The notes under the pieces: generated by a model | The model's database searches: none | Seen by the model: only the letters and a program-made list of their open reading frames with translations | What the model was told of the DNA's origin: nothing | Shown here: positions 37,908 to 51,060 of the stretch, one piece after another | Layout of the letters: each line of letters begins with the position of its first letter | Position numbering within the stretch: position 1 is the stretch's first letter | Program-made: the position numbers and the translations under genes | Assembly: GCA_034780895.1 (NCBI GenBank) | Contig: JAUZTB010000127.1 | Span: 65,083,769 to 65,147,768, forward strand | Length of the DNA: 64,000 bases | Direction: 5' to 3' | From: Rhynchobatus australiae | Lineage: Eukaryota

Positions 37908-37972
37908 GATCCAAGTATATTTTGGATCCAAGTATTACATTAGTCCAAGTAAAACATTTCCTGGAAAAAGCT
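37908..37972 (+). repeat. Third partial copy of the 36104 palindrome arm
   Basis: ATCCAAGTATATTTTGGATCCAAGTATTACATTAGTCCAAGTAAAACATTTCCTGG matches 36174-36230. Confidence 0.85.
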
Positions 37973-39422
37973 GTGTCAAAACCTAAACATTTTTTTCCAA
38001 GGGTTTAGATTTTCTCTGACCATATATCACACCCCGAGAGAGACAGGCAATTTGCTTCAAAGCTGCAGCGTAAATTGTGGCATGAAGATGTATTTTTTAT
38101 AGCCACAGAGTGATAGTCTTATGTTAATCAGGGATAACAGACAGAAGACAAGTCTCCAACCTCTTACAATCAGCATACCCAATGTACACATGTAGGATCA
38201 TAGGAGTCTAGAAATGGAAATAGGACATTCAGCCTTCTGTGTCCATTCCTCCACTTAATTAGATCATGACCCCCTTTTTCCTCATCTTTACTCCATGTAT
38301 TTTAGTACCAAATGTATTGGGCATTTCAAAGATTCTATTCTATGGTAATCTATAGTGTGGACAGCACTCCAAAGAATGTGGAGAATGGAATTTGGAGTAG
38401 GTATGGAGATTACTGAGGATAAAGGTCCTGGGATGCATTTGACCAATTATTTTATTGTGCCAACAAAATAATTAAACTCCAAAGGATACTTTGTGGGCTC
38501 TGGCTAGTTCCTACCTAAAATGGCAATCTAGTAACCTATGCCATTGGACCCTGGTATTGCCAGTATCAGGTGGGTACATTGAGTGACTAGTGATAGGCCC
38601 CTTTTAAGTCAAGCAGGTGGCTTCACTGGCAATAAATGCTGGAAGGTGCACTTAATAGAGAAATTTAGAAGACATTTAGGGGATAAACCCTTTCAGAGAG
38701 TTCTGGAACATTCCAAAATTACAGAAAGCATTGAAAAATTTGTCCTCAATAGGGTTCAAAGCAAACTGGCAGCCCACAAGGGTCAGTTCAGTTCTCAGTC
38801 CTACAGTGAGTCATACTGTTCCAACTCCCAGGACCAGAGTCTAAGAAATTTGCTACATTCTTGGTTTTAAACCCTATCTTGACATTTCCTTGGCATGGTG
38901 GAACAGCCTCTTCTCAACTTTAAAAGTACCTCTTGAGGGTGATCACCATTTCAGTCCACAGCTTTAACATTTCCTTAATGGATGTAAGTAAAAATGTACA
39001 ACCCCTGACTGGTCCCTTATTTTCTTCCTCTCTTTATATACCAGATCCTTTTACCAGTGGCTTGGCCTATGCCCACAGCAAATGTTGCCACTTTATTCTC
39101 CATAGGAACTTGATTAAGGATGTATTTTTAAAATATATGAAGGGGAAATAAGTGGAAACCAGAAGGCTCATGATAAATGGCAGTGACCCTGTTTGATTTC
39201 CAATGTGAGGCCAGCCCAATAATTTAGAATGTAAACATGCATATTTTTGTGGTCATCAAACTGAGGAAGTTAGTCTGGGAACAGAACACATTACAGCTAT
39301 CTACGGAAAAGTTCATTGTCAAGCACAAGATGAGTTAGAGATAGAGTAAACAGCACTTAGTTTCCTCCTCTCCCTGTCAGTGCACAAGTTCTCATCATAA
39401 GGTCAGAAGTGTGGATTGTATC

Positions 39423-39705
39423 TGGCAGAATAAAAACCCAAGATTAAGTAAGAAATATTTATAAACACTAAAAAAGGATGGTGGCATGGCCTTACCCAAC
39501 TTTAGATTATATTACTGGGCAATTAATATCAGATACTTAATTTNNNNNNNNNNNNNNNNNNNNNNNNNNNNNNNNNNNNNNNNNNNNNNNNNNNNNNNNN
39601 NNNNNNNNNNNNNNNNNNNNNNNNNNNNNNNNNNNNNNNNNNNTTGATGCCATATACCATTTGTATTGATTTGAAACTAATAAAAAAGATTGAAAAAGAA
39701 ATAGA
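39423..39705 (+). mobile_element. L1 LINE ORF2 fragment and A-rich 3' end, spanning an N gap
   Basis: Reads KPRLSKKYL*TLKKDGGMALPNFRLYYWAINIRYL (fish-type L1 'GG.ALPNF..YYWA'); AATAAAAAAG..A-rich end after the gap. Confidence 0.8.
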
Positions 39706-39764
39706 AATGTGGATTGTGTTCAACTCTATTTGTGATTTCTCATAAGTGAAGCTCTGTGTGTGTG

Positions 39765-40390
39765 TATGCAGCAAGATGAGACTGCATTCAAGTATGGCCT
39801 GATAAGTGGCAAGTTACAGTTCTGGCACACAAGTGCTGGGCATTAGGGTTTCGACCTGAAACATCGACAATTCCTTTCCTCCCACAGATGCTGCTCGACC
39901 CGCTGAGTTCCTCCAGCAGGTTGTTTATTGCTCCAGATTCCAGCGTCTGCAGTCTCATTTGTCTCTACTAAGCTGATATCCTGGATGAGAGCCTCATACC
40001 CTGACACCTCAAAGTTTTTCCACATCTACAAGGCACAAGTCAGGATCTTGATAGAATACTCTCCATCTGCCTGGATGAGTACAGCTCCAACAGCACTCAA
40101 GAAATTGAGCATCATTCAGAACAAAGTGGCCTGTATGATTGACACCCAATCTTATTTCTTAGACATCCATTTGTTCTCGTATCAGTGCACTGTGACTACA
40201 GTGTAGACTATGTTTAAAATGCACTGCAGTTGCTCATCCAAGCTACTCTGACAGCACCTTCCAGATTCACAAACCCTAGCACCAAAAAGGACAAGGGCAG
40301 TGGATAAATAAGAACCTAGGGACTATCTCCATCAGTAGGACTGCATGCGTTTCAAATAGGTGGTATCTTGGGGATAATTAGGCTATGCCA
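39765..40390 (+). mobile_element. CR1/L2-group LINE fragment with nested insertion
   Basis: IYKAQVRILIEYSPSAWMSTAPTALKKLSIIQNK in ORF 39928-40206; same family as 61175. Confidence 0.85.
39846..39968 (+). mobile_element. Well-preserved Penelope-type terminal repeat nested in the LINE
   Basis: AGGGTTTCGACCTGAAACATCGAC...CCACAGATGCTGCTCGACCCGCTGAGTTCCTCCAGCA...CCAGATTCCAGCGTCTGCAGTC; CpGs retained. Confidence 0.7.
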
Positions 40391-41559
40391 CTGATATCCT
40401 GATCTTTTACAAATCAAGTTGATTTTGTTTTCACAATGTCTGTTTTCTCTGCGATTTCAATGTATCTTAATTCAAGTTTTGTTTACCTGACTGAAATATT
40501 TCATTTACAATTCCTCCATCTTTAAAAATACTTTAACTGGTTCTAATATATTCTGTGGCATTGAATTCCATATGTTCAGATCTCTTCATTTGCTGACTGA
40601 TTTCAGGATTCAATTTTACTGGCTTAATTCTAAATTGTAGGTAATATGTCTTGGAATACTCAAAAATACTCTGAAACATCTGATCTAGTATCTCAAAATA
40701 CTTCAGTCTCTTCAATCCTGGTTTTATGCTTGCTATTTAATACTGGATATTCAAAGCTGACATAGTTATTCCATGATTGAATGTCCAGAATTGAACACCA
40801 TGCTAGCACTCTGAGTAGCAGAAAAAGTACCTTGTTGATTTTATTTTCCATAACATATAATAAAATTTAGCATTTGTTTGGTCATTATCTTTGCTTTTTC
40901 ACCCACAATATAGCTTTTCATTATCTACACTTGGAATCCTAAGCAGCTTTGCTTATCCCAGTAATTATAAGCTCGAATTTGGTACCATGGCAAATTACAA
41001 ATCTGATCATTTCTGGGTTAGCACCAGAAAATAATCATGAGACGTATAGACACTACAATATCCCAGCTGGTTGACCGACATCCTTCAGGGAGGAAAGTTA
41101 TTCCATATTTAATGAATCTGGTCTGCTCATGGCTTCATGTATGACTTATTTGTCTTTTATTTCTTTCAATTCACATCAGAGCCAAGGATCTTCTGAAAAA
41201 CTTTGATGCACGTCTTTTGGATTTGTATTTTTCTTAATTTCCGTATATCAAGTTCATTCTCCAGGTGAACCTTTGCTCCAGAAATCTAGGCTCTACATGC
41301 TTAATATCTTGAGAACTTGTAGTTTGTTCAGGGACTGAACAGAAAACACTTGTTGCTATGGTTTGGATTACATTGTCCCAAGTGATTTTTCTTCACTTTG
41401 GAAGGTGGTGGTATACACACCTCACCAGACTGTGATCCAGGCTATGACTGCCAAACAGAACTTATATGGTGGAAATAGATACAGTAACTAAATAGTAGTC
41501 ATATCATACAAGGTTTTACACCATTCGTAAGCTCAACTCTCTCTCATAAATAAACATAA

Positions 41560-41945
41560 ATATCTGCAGTACTTTGATAGGATTCACATCTTTGTGATAA
41601 GTTCCTCTGTGGCCTCACCCTCCCTATCCCTGTAGTACTCTCTAGCCAAAAAATGTCTGAGAACTCAGCAATCCTCCAATTCTGAAGTTTTCATACCCAT
41701 CACCTCACTATTGGCCTTTGGGTACCTGGACATAAGTTCTAAAATTCCCTTCTCCACCTCTCCATATTCCTGCCTTTCGCTTCTCCTTTAAAGATACTTC
41801 TCACAGGCTATCTTTTCAACTAAGATTTTAGTCCCTTGCCCTAAGATCTACTTTTGCACCTCAAAGTTAAATATTACCTGATAGTGTCCCTGTTAAGTGC
41901 CTTCCAGTGTTAAAGCTGCTATGTAAATACAAGTTGTTGTTGTTG
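41560..41945 (+). mobile_element. Old L2 3' end
   Basis: C/T-rich, ends TTAAAGCTGCTATGTAAATACAAGTTGTTGTTGTTG (L2-type tail with short tandem repeat). Confidence 0.6.
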
Positions 41946-44939
41946 AATGGCAACACAAATGTATACTTTTAGAGCTTTTTTTATCAGTCACAAAATCTCC
42001 TGGAGCTACCTACTTCTCTGATAACATCAGAAGCATTATTTCATTTTAAGAAGTTGTGCTGAGAAATTTTCTTTAAAGAAAACTGACCAGCTAAGTTAAA
42101 TACCTGTTTGTTAAATTCATAAATATCTATGAATAAAATATACATATAGACCCTACTTGTTCCTTAAACTGGAAACTTTCCTTGGAAGTTGTAAGATGAC
42201 AAAACAAAAAAATAAAATCTTGGAACTACACAGAAGGTTAGTAAAGCAAAAGGCTAAATACAACATCATGAGATGTCAACCTTATCAAACATTATAAATG
42301 ATCCTTAGCAGTTTATCTTTCCTAGTATGAATCTCATTCTGTCAACAATTACATTTTTTTCTGAACTATTACTTTCATCTTTGCCTTACCAATATCTTTC
42401 TCAATCTTTATTGTGTCAGGTCGTTCAGTATCTGTGAAGAGAAAAGATAGATTATGACAGTTTGGATCATTTAGTATACTTAACTAAATATCATAATCTA
42501 TATTCGCTCTTCAAAGATAGATGAGATAATATACAGGTTGCATTTGATATTTAATCAGCAATCCTAATAATCGATATTAAATAACAGTGTTTTTAAAATT
42601 GTGTATAGTAGGCCCAGGCCGTGCTGCCATGCCTCAGACTTGGATCGGGGGAACAACACTCATATAAATTCACACATTGAGAATAACTATTTCAGCATGT
42701 GAGTGGGAGGCTTTCAGCCATTACAGGAGTATAGCGTGACAGGATATGCACAAACTTCAAAAGAGGAAAATGTTGAAAAATGAAAAGATGAAAATTGTTT
42801 GCTTTGAAATTATACATTGCAAAGTAAATTGTGGAATATCGCCTGTGGTGAGATTTCTGTGTTAGGTTTTCTAGTTCATAAACAGGTCATGTGCTAGAAA
42901 TGGCAGAATGAGATGATGCCTAAAACTTATCAATAATTGTTAACAAATCTTTTGATGACACAAATCTGAAAATAAACTGAAATTATCTGTTTTAAGTTTA
43001 CTGACTAGAATTAATGCAGACTACTACCACTGCGGACATAGGCCAATGTACTGTATGTTAAATAGAAGACTTTTGTTCCACTTTAAAATCTGCCCTATTG
43101 TGAAGAGTTTAACTGTGTTGGAATCTGCATCTAAACTTTGGCAATAGTACAGAAGCAGATGTTTGGTTGTGACTGCTGACTGAGGCTGGCTAAGTGTCCT
43201 GGGATGAATGTTTTAACAGTTAGAGGCCCTGAGTCTCATGAGAAGTATAGCTGGAACTTCAAAGCGCAGCAATGGGAAGCAACGTGAACACTATATTATA
43301 ATCAGAAAGGATTAATATCTGCCAGTATTATTATATTTGAATTGTTGATATCACTTTCAGTGGTAGCCCAAGTCATTAATTCTTTAATAAGAGCATTTTC
43401 ACACTTTGATGTCTGGGATTAATCTGGCTATCTTCAGTTGTCACGACAGAATAAAATATTACCACATCGGTTGCTTGGATCAAAATACAATATAGTTTTA
43501 AAGGAACATACTTTACCTGATTTACAAGCTCCAGTATGCATATCTTACTGCCTCCCTGCAATCCTCGTGGCATTCTCTTTTCAGTTAGTCAAGACTGTAA
43601 ACTGGTTAGTTAATAGAAGAAAAACAAGAAGAGAGTGAAAGTGAATATATCACCACCGGATTTAATGCTCATATTTTGACACTTCATGTAATTTAAAGGT
43701 AGGCTTAGAAGCATGATCTGCACTTGGTAAATCACTGACCATGAAGGCCTCCATTTATGACAAGGGTGGGGGGGAAGAGGGTGGTGGAGGGTGAGATTGC
43801 ACAGGTGTTGTGCTGCAAGAGAGGGTTTATACTGGAGAAGATGACACTCACAATCAAGTGCTTCGTGCAATGGCTTTCAGAAAGCCTGCCTGTTGTCCAA
43901 AGAAGAAAGGATCCCCATACCAACCTTGCACAAGAATTTCTACAGAGTTTGGAGCAGAACTCTTCCAGCATAGAAGTGGTGGGCAATTCTATTAGTGCGC
44001 TTACAGATGGAATTATTGCACACTGTCTCAGGCCAATATCTCAGCTTCGGTTGTAGCATAAGCAGAAATTACGCAAGAACCAGGTGCTGCAATGGAAGCT
44101 TGGATGTCTGCCATGCAATCTCAGACTATGGTTCATTATGACTATGTGTATTTACAGGCTATCATGACAGCCCAACCACAACTCCTTCAATAGACTATTA
44201 GGGTTGCTGAGGTGCTGCTAGGCTCCAGTGGCTGTGGTGGCACAGCACATATGTCTGCTACCCTCAGTCAGGATGACAGCATTGGTGATCCCACCTCCTG
44301 TGTCTACAACAGGGTATTTGCTGTTTCCTATCAACAAATAAGACTGCTGCCACTTCAGGGCCAGCTCTGGTCTCTTCTCCTGAAGGCCAGCAGCTTTCTC
44401 CCAACTTTACAGCAGTTAGTTGCATCATATTGCTCAGGCGAACAGGATAGAAAACATGCAAGCAGAATATTCATTAAGGGCTTCTGCAAGGATAAACAGC
44501 AGAGGTTTACAAGGTTTTCAGTATGGTTTGATTTCCAAATTTACATTAGAGTTATCATGCTATTTTGGCTTTTATATTAGCATTGTGGGCAAGCAGATGC
44601 TGAGATGATCAATTACAGAGGGAGTGTGAAATGGGTATTGTTGGTGAATGAAGAATTGGACATACGCTGGCCTGACAGGGACTGTCCAGGTTGCCTTTGC
44701 CCCTCCATTTCCTCTGTTCCTAATTCCCTACTTGCTCCTTCCCTACTTCTCTTTCCTTTTTCCACAAGCAGGCTCCCTGTAAAAGCAGGTATTGCTGAAT
44801 CCTCATAACAGCAAGGCCACTGTTAATTCTGAGACCCACTCTTGTGCTAACTAGAACTCCAGCAAGCCTATAATTCCTGTGGTCCCTAATTCCCATTACC
44901 TTCAATATGCTTTAGGATTCCTTGATACCACACCCATTC

Positions 44940-45589
44940 CACGTTCCAGGGTGTAAACATCACCAATCGTTTGTCTGGTCCAACCACATAGACGCTATGG
45001 CCAAGAAAGCACACCAGCATTTCTACTTCCTCAGAAGGCTAAGAAAATTTGGTTTGTCTCCATTGACCCTCACCAATTTTAATAGATGCACCATAGAAAG
45101 CATCCTATCTGGATGCATCACAGTTTGGTATGGCAACTGCTCTGCCCAAAACTGCAGGAAGTTGCAGTGAGTTGTGGGCACAGCTCATCACGAAAACCAG
45201 TTTCCCCACCATGGACTCTGTCTACACTTCACGCTGTCTTGGAAAAGCAACCATCGGGCAGAAGATAGAAAAGCTTGAAAACACGCACTGCCAAACTCAA
45301 GGACAGCTTCTATCCTACTGTTATAAGGCTCCTGAATGATGGCTTGTACATTAATGGTGAATTCTTAACCTTACAATCGACCTCATCATGGCCCTGGCAC
45401 CTTATTGTCTACCTGCACTTCACTTTCTCTGTACCTGTAACTGTAACACTGTAGTCAGCATTCTGTTATTGTTTTTCCCTTGTATTACCCCTGTACATAT
45501 GTTTTGAAATGATCTGTATGGATGGCTTGCAAAACTAAGTTTTTCACTCTCTCTCATGTAACAATAATAAACCAATTGCAGTTCCAATT
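44940..45589 (+). mobile_element. Rex1/Babar LINE, 5'-truncated, with CCATTC target-site duplication
   Basis: WSNHIDAMAKKAHQHFYFLRRLRKFGLSPLTLTNFNRCTIESILSGCITVWYGNCS is typical Rex1 ORF; CCATTC at 44934-44939 and 45590-45595. Confidence 0.9.
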
Positions 45590-46520
45590 CCATTCAGGTG
45601 CTGCCTTGATGCCATGAGCATTCACTTTGACCTCTGCATTGGAATTTAGCTGCTTTGTCCATATTTCTAACAATGCTGTAACGAAGTCTTAACAGAATCT
45701 AAATCAAGAATCAATGAACAGGTTATTAACAAGTAAATAGCCTTTGATAGCATTGTTGACAGCTCCTTCATTAAGTTTGCTGCTTCTTGAGAGTGTACTG
45801 ATGGGTGAATAATTGCCTGGATTGGATTTGTCCTGCTTCTAACAACAGAGCATACCTGGCCTAATTTCCACTTTGTCAGTTAGTTGTTGTAATTGTACTG
45901 AGCTTGGCTGGAGGCACAGCTGGTTGTGGAGTACAAGTCTTTAGCAATGCAGTTGATTGTAGTTGGGTTTGATAGGTTTTTATGCCATTCAGTGAAATCA
46001 ACCTTTATCATATGAAGTGAATTGAAATGACTGAAGATTTTCTTATGTCATGGTTCTGACCTTGACCTGGCCATCCCATCTATAATTCTGGCCAAAGATG
46101 GTTAAAAATTTTACATCCTATCCTTTGGCATTCACATCCTAGGGCCTGCCATCATTGAGCATGGGAGGTGTCTGCAGCCATTTCTTTGCTCCCTGATTCC
46201 CATTACCGTTAATATTTTATAGGACTCCTTGATACCACATCAATTCAGATGCTACCTTGTTGCCATGGGTAGTGACTGACCTCTGCACTAGAATTCAGCT
46301 ACTTAATTTATTTTATTGCCCACCCCATTCACGACAGGCTGTGGCAGAACTCCGGAACTTTTAACTAGCCTGATGGTTGAAGGATTACATAACTCTGGCT
46401 ATGGCATGCTGTTTTCAGTGTTTACATGTTGTTTTTGTTGTAGCTTTACTAAGTGCAGTTCCAGCTATGGTCTTTCACCTTCTTTATTGAACCAGAATTG
46501 CTCACCTGACTTGGTAATGG
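45590..46520 (-). mobile_element. CR1/L2-group LINE RT fragments
   Basis: TGCTGCCTTGATGCC..(reverse DIKAA), TTGCCTGGATTGGATTTGTCC, CATACCTGG..AATTTCCAC; includes a repeated segment. Confidence 0.65.
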
Positions 46521-46589
46521 TTCCTGTTACCTCCATTTCAACATTGTCCTTCAGAAAATTCAGCATTTCATTAAATGGTATCTACATGT

Positions 46590-47035
46590 TACATATTACT
46601 TACAGCGCAGAAACAGGTTACTTTGCACAACAGGGCCATGCTCTACATAAATCTTTTCCCACCCTTCTCAACTAATCCGAGGAACATATCCTTCTATTCT
46701 GTTCTCTCTCCTATATTATAGCTTCCCCTTCAAAGTATTGAAGCTACTTGGCTGAACTACTCCTTGTGGTGATGAGTTTCACATTCTCACCACTCTCTGG
46801 GTAAAGAAGTTTTTGCTGAATTCCCTTTTGGATTTATTACTGACCATCGTATATTTATGGTCCTGAACCATTGACAGAACTACCTAACCGCAGTATGGGA
46901 GTAGCTTCACCACACAGTCTGCAGTGGTTCAAGAAGACAGCTCACCACTACCTTCCCAGGAACATTTGAGGACAGGCAATGAATGCTGATTTTGCCAGCG
47001 ACGCCCACATCCCCTGAATGGATAAATGAAAAAAA
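46590..47035. mobile_element. CR1 3' end (minus, to ~46860) plus LINE 3' end (plus, 46870-47035)
   Basis: TACAGCGCAGAAACAGG...ACCACTCTCTGGGTAAAGAAG; then GCAGTGGTTCAAGAAGACAGCTCACCACTACCTT as at 890-920. Confidence 0.7.
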
Positions 47036-48484
47036 TTTGTGTGGTCTAACCAAGGTTCTGCACAATCTTCACATAATTTCTCTGCTTTTCAATACTATCT
47101 CTCTAGAAATAAACCCTAGTGCTTTGTTTGTCATTTATAGTCTTATTAATTTGTATCATTGCTTTTTAACATTCTATGTTTCTGTACCCGCAGATACTCC
47201 TCCACTTCATTTTTAAGGAATATATGGACATTATATCCTTCCTACCTAAATGTACCATCTATACTGAAGATCATATGCCAATGACACTCTCATTTTGCAA
47301 ATTTATTAACATTTTCTTGTAATTTCTTGCAGTCAGTCAGCCTCTATTTTAATCCCACGTGTCTTCTTCAATTTCATATCCAGTTTGGTATTCAGTCTGT
47401 TACATGTCTGGCAGAATGGGCAGACTAATCGCAAATATAAACAAGGGTGATGATGCAGAAAGAATGATGAGAGACCTTATAGGCTACATGAAACAGCTCT
47501 TAAAAGGGTGTGCAGGTATGTATGAGCATAATGCATTGAAAATAGCAGGACTTAAGGTGCAATGAGTAAAGCATGTGAGATTCTGAGCTTCATCGAGGAA
47601 CAGAGTACAAAAATGATAGATTATGGTGAGCCTTTATAAAACAGTAGTGAGGTATTAGAAAACCTATTAAGATCTTAGGCAGCATCTTATTGAAGACTTT
47701 TCAAAAATCTAGATAAATATTTACTACTGTAGTATCCTTGTCTATCCTTCCTGTTATTTGCTTAAGGAATTAATAAGATTTGTTAATCTTGACCTTTTTG
47801 ACATCCATGTTGACTATTCTTAATACTATTTTCAGCTTCCGTTTTCAGATCTCCTCTTACATCTCTCACAAAGGATTCCATTTATGGTTCCTATCATCAG
47901 CAATAAACTGATTGTTCTATAATCCCCTGGATTGTTCTACCTTCTTTTTAAATATATAAATTAAATTAAATAACAACCTTTCTTCTGACTCTGTTCCTTT
48001 TTCTAATGAATTGACATATATAATGCCTTTGCTGTCACCTCTTTCATTTCTTTTAGTATATGCAGATAAAATCCATCTAGACCAGGAGTTTTATCCTCTC
48101 TGTTTAATTAGTTTATCAGTTATACTTCCCTTTCTATTTTGAATGTATTTATATGTTGTTGTTCCCTTCTTATGAGATATCCAATATATTAGACCTTCTG
48201 ACAAATACTGAGCTAGAATAATTATTTAATTTCTCTGCTATTTTGCTCATGATTTGATTTCATCATGTGTACCTTTTGGTGTCCATCCTTATTGCAATCA
48301 TACAGTGAGAAGGCAATGGTCATCATGATGTCGGACCAGGACATTGTGAACAGCTGAAGTGAGTCATGAATCATCTCAGGTAGTNNNNNNNNNNNNNNNN
48401 NNNNNNNNNNNNNNNNNNNNNNNNNNNNNNNNNNNNNNNNNNNNNNNNNNNNNNNNNNNNNNNNNNNNNNNNNNNNNNNNNNNN

Positions 48485-48750
48485 TCACGTTACTACAATC
48501 AGGGAGGTGGTACAGGAGCCTGAAGACCCACACTCAACATTTTAGGAACAGCTTCTTCCTCTCCGCCATCAGATTTCTGAACAACCCATGAACAATACTT
48601 CTTTATTACTCTTCTGCACTATTTATTTATTTTTGTAACTTATCATAATTTTTATGTCTTTGTTTTGCACCGTACTGCTGCCGCAAAACAACAAATTTCA
48701 CAACATATGCCAGTGATAATAAACCTGCTCATGTATTCTGATTCTGAATC
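48485..48750 (+). mobile_element. Rex1-type LINE 3' end
   Basis: TCAGGGAGGTGGTACAGGAGCCTGAAGACCCACACTCAACATTTTAGGAACAGCTTCTTCC (SG.RYRSL.T.T..F.NSFF); tail AATAAACCTG..ATTCTGATTCTGA. Confidence 0.85.
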
Positions 48751-48849
48751 TATATTCTGAATAGTTGAGTGCCTAGGACTAATTAGTAACATTATTAGTA
48801 ACATTTTGCTAACCTGAAAGTGATCTGTTTATTCCTGTTCTGTTTCCAT

Positions 48850-49520
48850 GTCCTTTAATCAATCCTCTGCCCATGCCGATGTTACCTCGACATCCCATAA
48901 TGTCTTAATTTATACAATATTTTATCACAATCCTTTCGAAAATCCAGAAAATGTCACGTACATGCTATCCTGCCAGCTACATTCTCATTGCCATTACATT
49001 TTCCAAACATTGCTTTCCCCTCATAAAATCATGTTGACTAGATCTAATCACACTGTTGCTGCAGCTGCTGATTTTGTGTGTATATTTGGGTCTCCTGTTG
49101 TGTGACCATTAATGGTGAAATTCAATGTTCTGCCAACAACAGATATCAGACTAACTGCTCTGTATTTCCCTAGGTTTTTCTCTCCATCTTCTTTAAATAA
49201 TAATGCAGTTGTTTCGTTCCAATCTGTTGGGACCATTCCAAAATCCATAGAATTTTGGAAGATCATCACTAATGCATTCATTATTTCTACAGCAACCTCT
49301 TTTAGAACTCAAGGATGCAGGCTCAGCTTCAGTAGATTTGCCTGGTTTTAATCCCCAGTGCTTTCTTTAGTGATATTAATGACTAAGTTTTGAATGCCAG
49401 TAGACCTTTGGCTCCCTTCCATTTCTGCTAAACTCATCACATCTTCTGCAGTGAAAACACATACAAAATATTTGTCTAATACCTGAACCATTCTTCATTA
49501 CCGGTAATAATTTCTCCTGT
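48850..49520 (-). mobile_element. CR1 LINE RT fragment
   Basis: Minus ORF 49048-49281 ALVMIFQNSMDFGMVPTDW..LFK..GKYRAVSLISVVG (CR1 'VP.DWK.A.VTPLFKKG..NYRPVSLTSVVGK'). Confidence 0.85.
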
Positions 49521-49796
49521 CTATGGAACATATATTTGGAATGTACTGCCAGCTGGTAGAAGCAGATACAATAGCAACATTTAAGAGGCATTTAGACAGA
49601 CATATGAACAGCCCACAGAGGGATATGGATCATGTACAGACAGGATTAGTTTAGATTGGCATCATTGAAGGTGCAGATATGGCCGGTCAAAGGACCCGTT
49701 CCTGTGCTGTACAGTTCTATTCAGTAATGCGAGCGCTTTATGAAGTTTCACACTTGCTACTCTTCTTAACAACTTCTGAAGCCACTTTAATGGAGT

Positions 49797-51060
49797 AAGA
49801 ATCATACAGCACAGAAACAGGCCCTTCAGCCCACCATGTCATGCCAATCATAAAGTACATCCAACTTACCAGCACTTGGGCCACAGTCTTCTATGCCTTG
49901 GTGATTCAATTCCTTATCTTGCTACTTAAGTTCCATGAGAGTGTCTGCCTCCACTGTTCTCTCAGGCAAAGTGCTCCAGATTCCAAACACCCTCTGGGCG
50001 AAACTATCCTTCGTCAGATCTGCTCTAAACCTTTTAATCCTTACCTTAAACTCATGTTGACTTAGACACTTTTGGCTTGGGTAAAATTTCTTACTATTTA
50101 CCCTATCTATGCCTCTTCTAATTTTGTATGCTTCTGTCAGTTCCCACTTCTGCTCCAAGGAGAACAAACCGAGCCTATTGAGTCTTCCCTCATTAATGAA
50201 ACATTCGATCCCAGGGCAACACCTTGGTGAATCTCCTTTGCACATTCTCCAATATATGTAATAAGAATAAGATTTCTTTTTATTAGTCACATGTAGATTG
50301 AGACTCACAGTGAAGTACACCTTTTGCATCGAGTGTTCTGGGGGCAGCCCGCAAGGATCGCCACATTTCCGATGCCAACATAGCATGTCCACAACTTCCT
50401 AACCTGTACGCCTTTGGAATGTGGGAGGAAACCGGAGCACCTGGAGGAAACCCACGTAGACACACGGGGAGAACGTACAAACTTCCTTACAGACAGCGGC
50501 CAGAATTGAACTCAGGTCACTGGCACTGTAATAGTGTTACGCTAACCGCTACACTACCGTGCCTGCAATGTCTATATTCTTCCTATAATGTGAAGACCAG
50601 AACTGCATACAGTATTCCAGCTGTGTTGCCTAACCAATGTTTTGACGTAGTTGGACCATAATCTCCCTGCTCTTACATTACATTCTATTCTCTACATCCT
50701 AACCAATGAAGGTGTGTATCCTGCACACCTTCTTAACCATTCTATTGACCTGTGCTGCTACCTTAGACTTACACAAGGTTCTTCTGCTCCTCAATACTCC
50801 CTCGGGCTCTACTGTTCATTATGGATGTCTTAGCCTTAATGGTCCTTCCAAAATGCATCATAATTAAATTTCATCTGCCATCACTCTGCCCATCATACCA
50901 ACTCATCAATATTGTTCTGTAGATTAAGATAACAATTCAACACTATTAACACCACCACCAATTTTTGTGTCATTTGTGGACATACTAATCATATCTCCAA
51001 CATTTGTATCCAAATTGTTAATGCACAGGAACAGTGAGGGTCCCAGCAATGATCCCTCTG
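49797..51060 (-). mobile_element. CR1 LINE 3' portion with nested V-SINE
   Basis: Minus frame RLNRLGLFSLEQ..LTEAYKIRRGIDRV..FAQRVFGIWSTLPE..VEADT; resumes after 50563. Confidence 0.9.
50261..50563 (-). mobile_element. tRNA-derived V-SINE, near full length
   Basis: Minus strand starts GGCACGGTAGTGTAGCGGTTAGC (A box), GTTCAATTC (B box, 50511-50503), V-domain GTGGGTTTCCTCCAGGTGCTCCGGTTTCCTCCCACATTCCAAAG, (TCTTA)-type tail. Confidence 0.9.

Noticed and set aside
50490-50563. tRNA-like A and B boxes
   Set aside because: Head of a V-SINE, not a tRNA gene.
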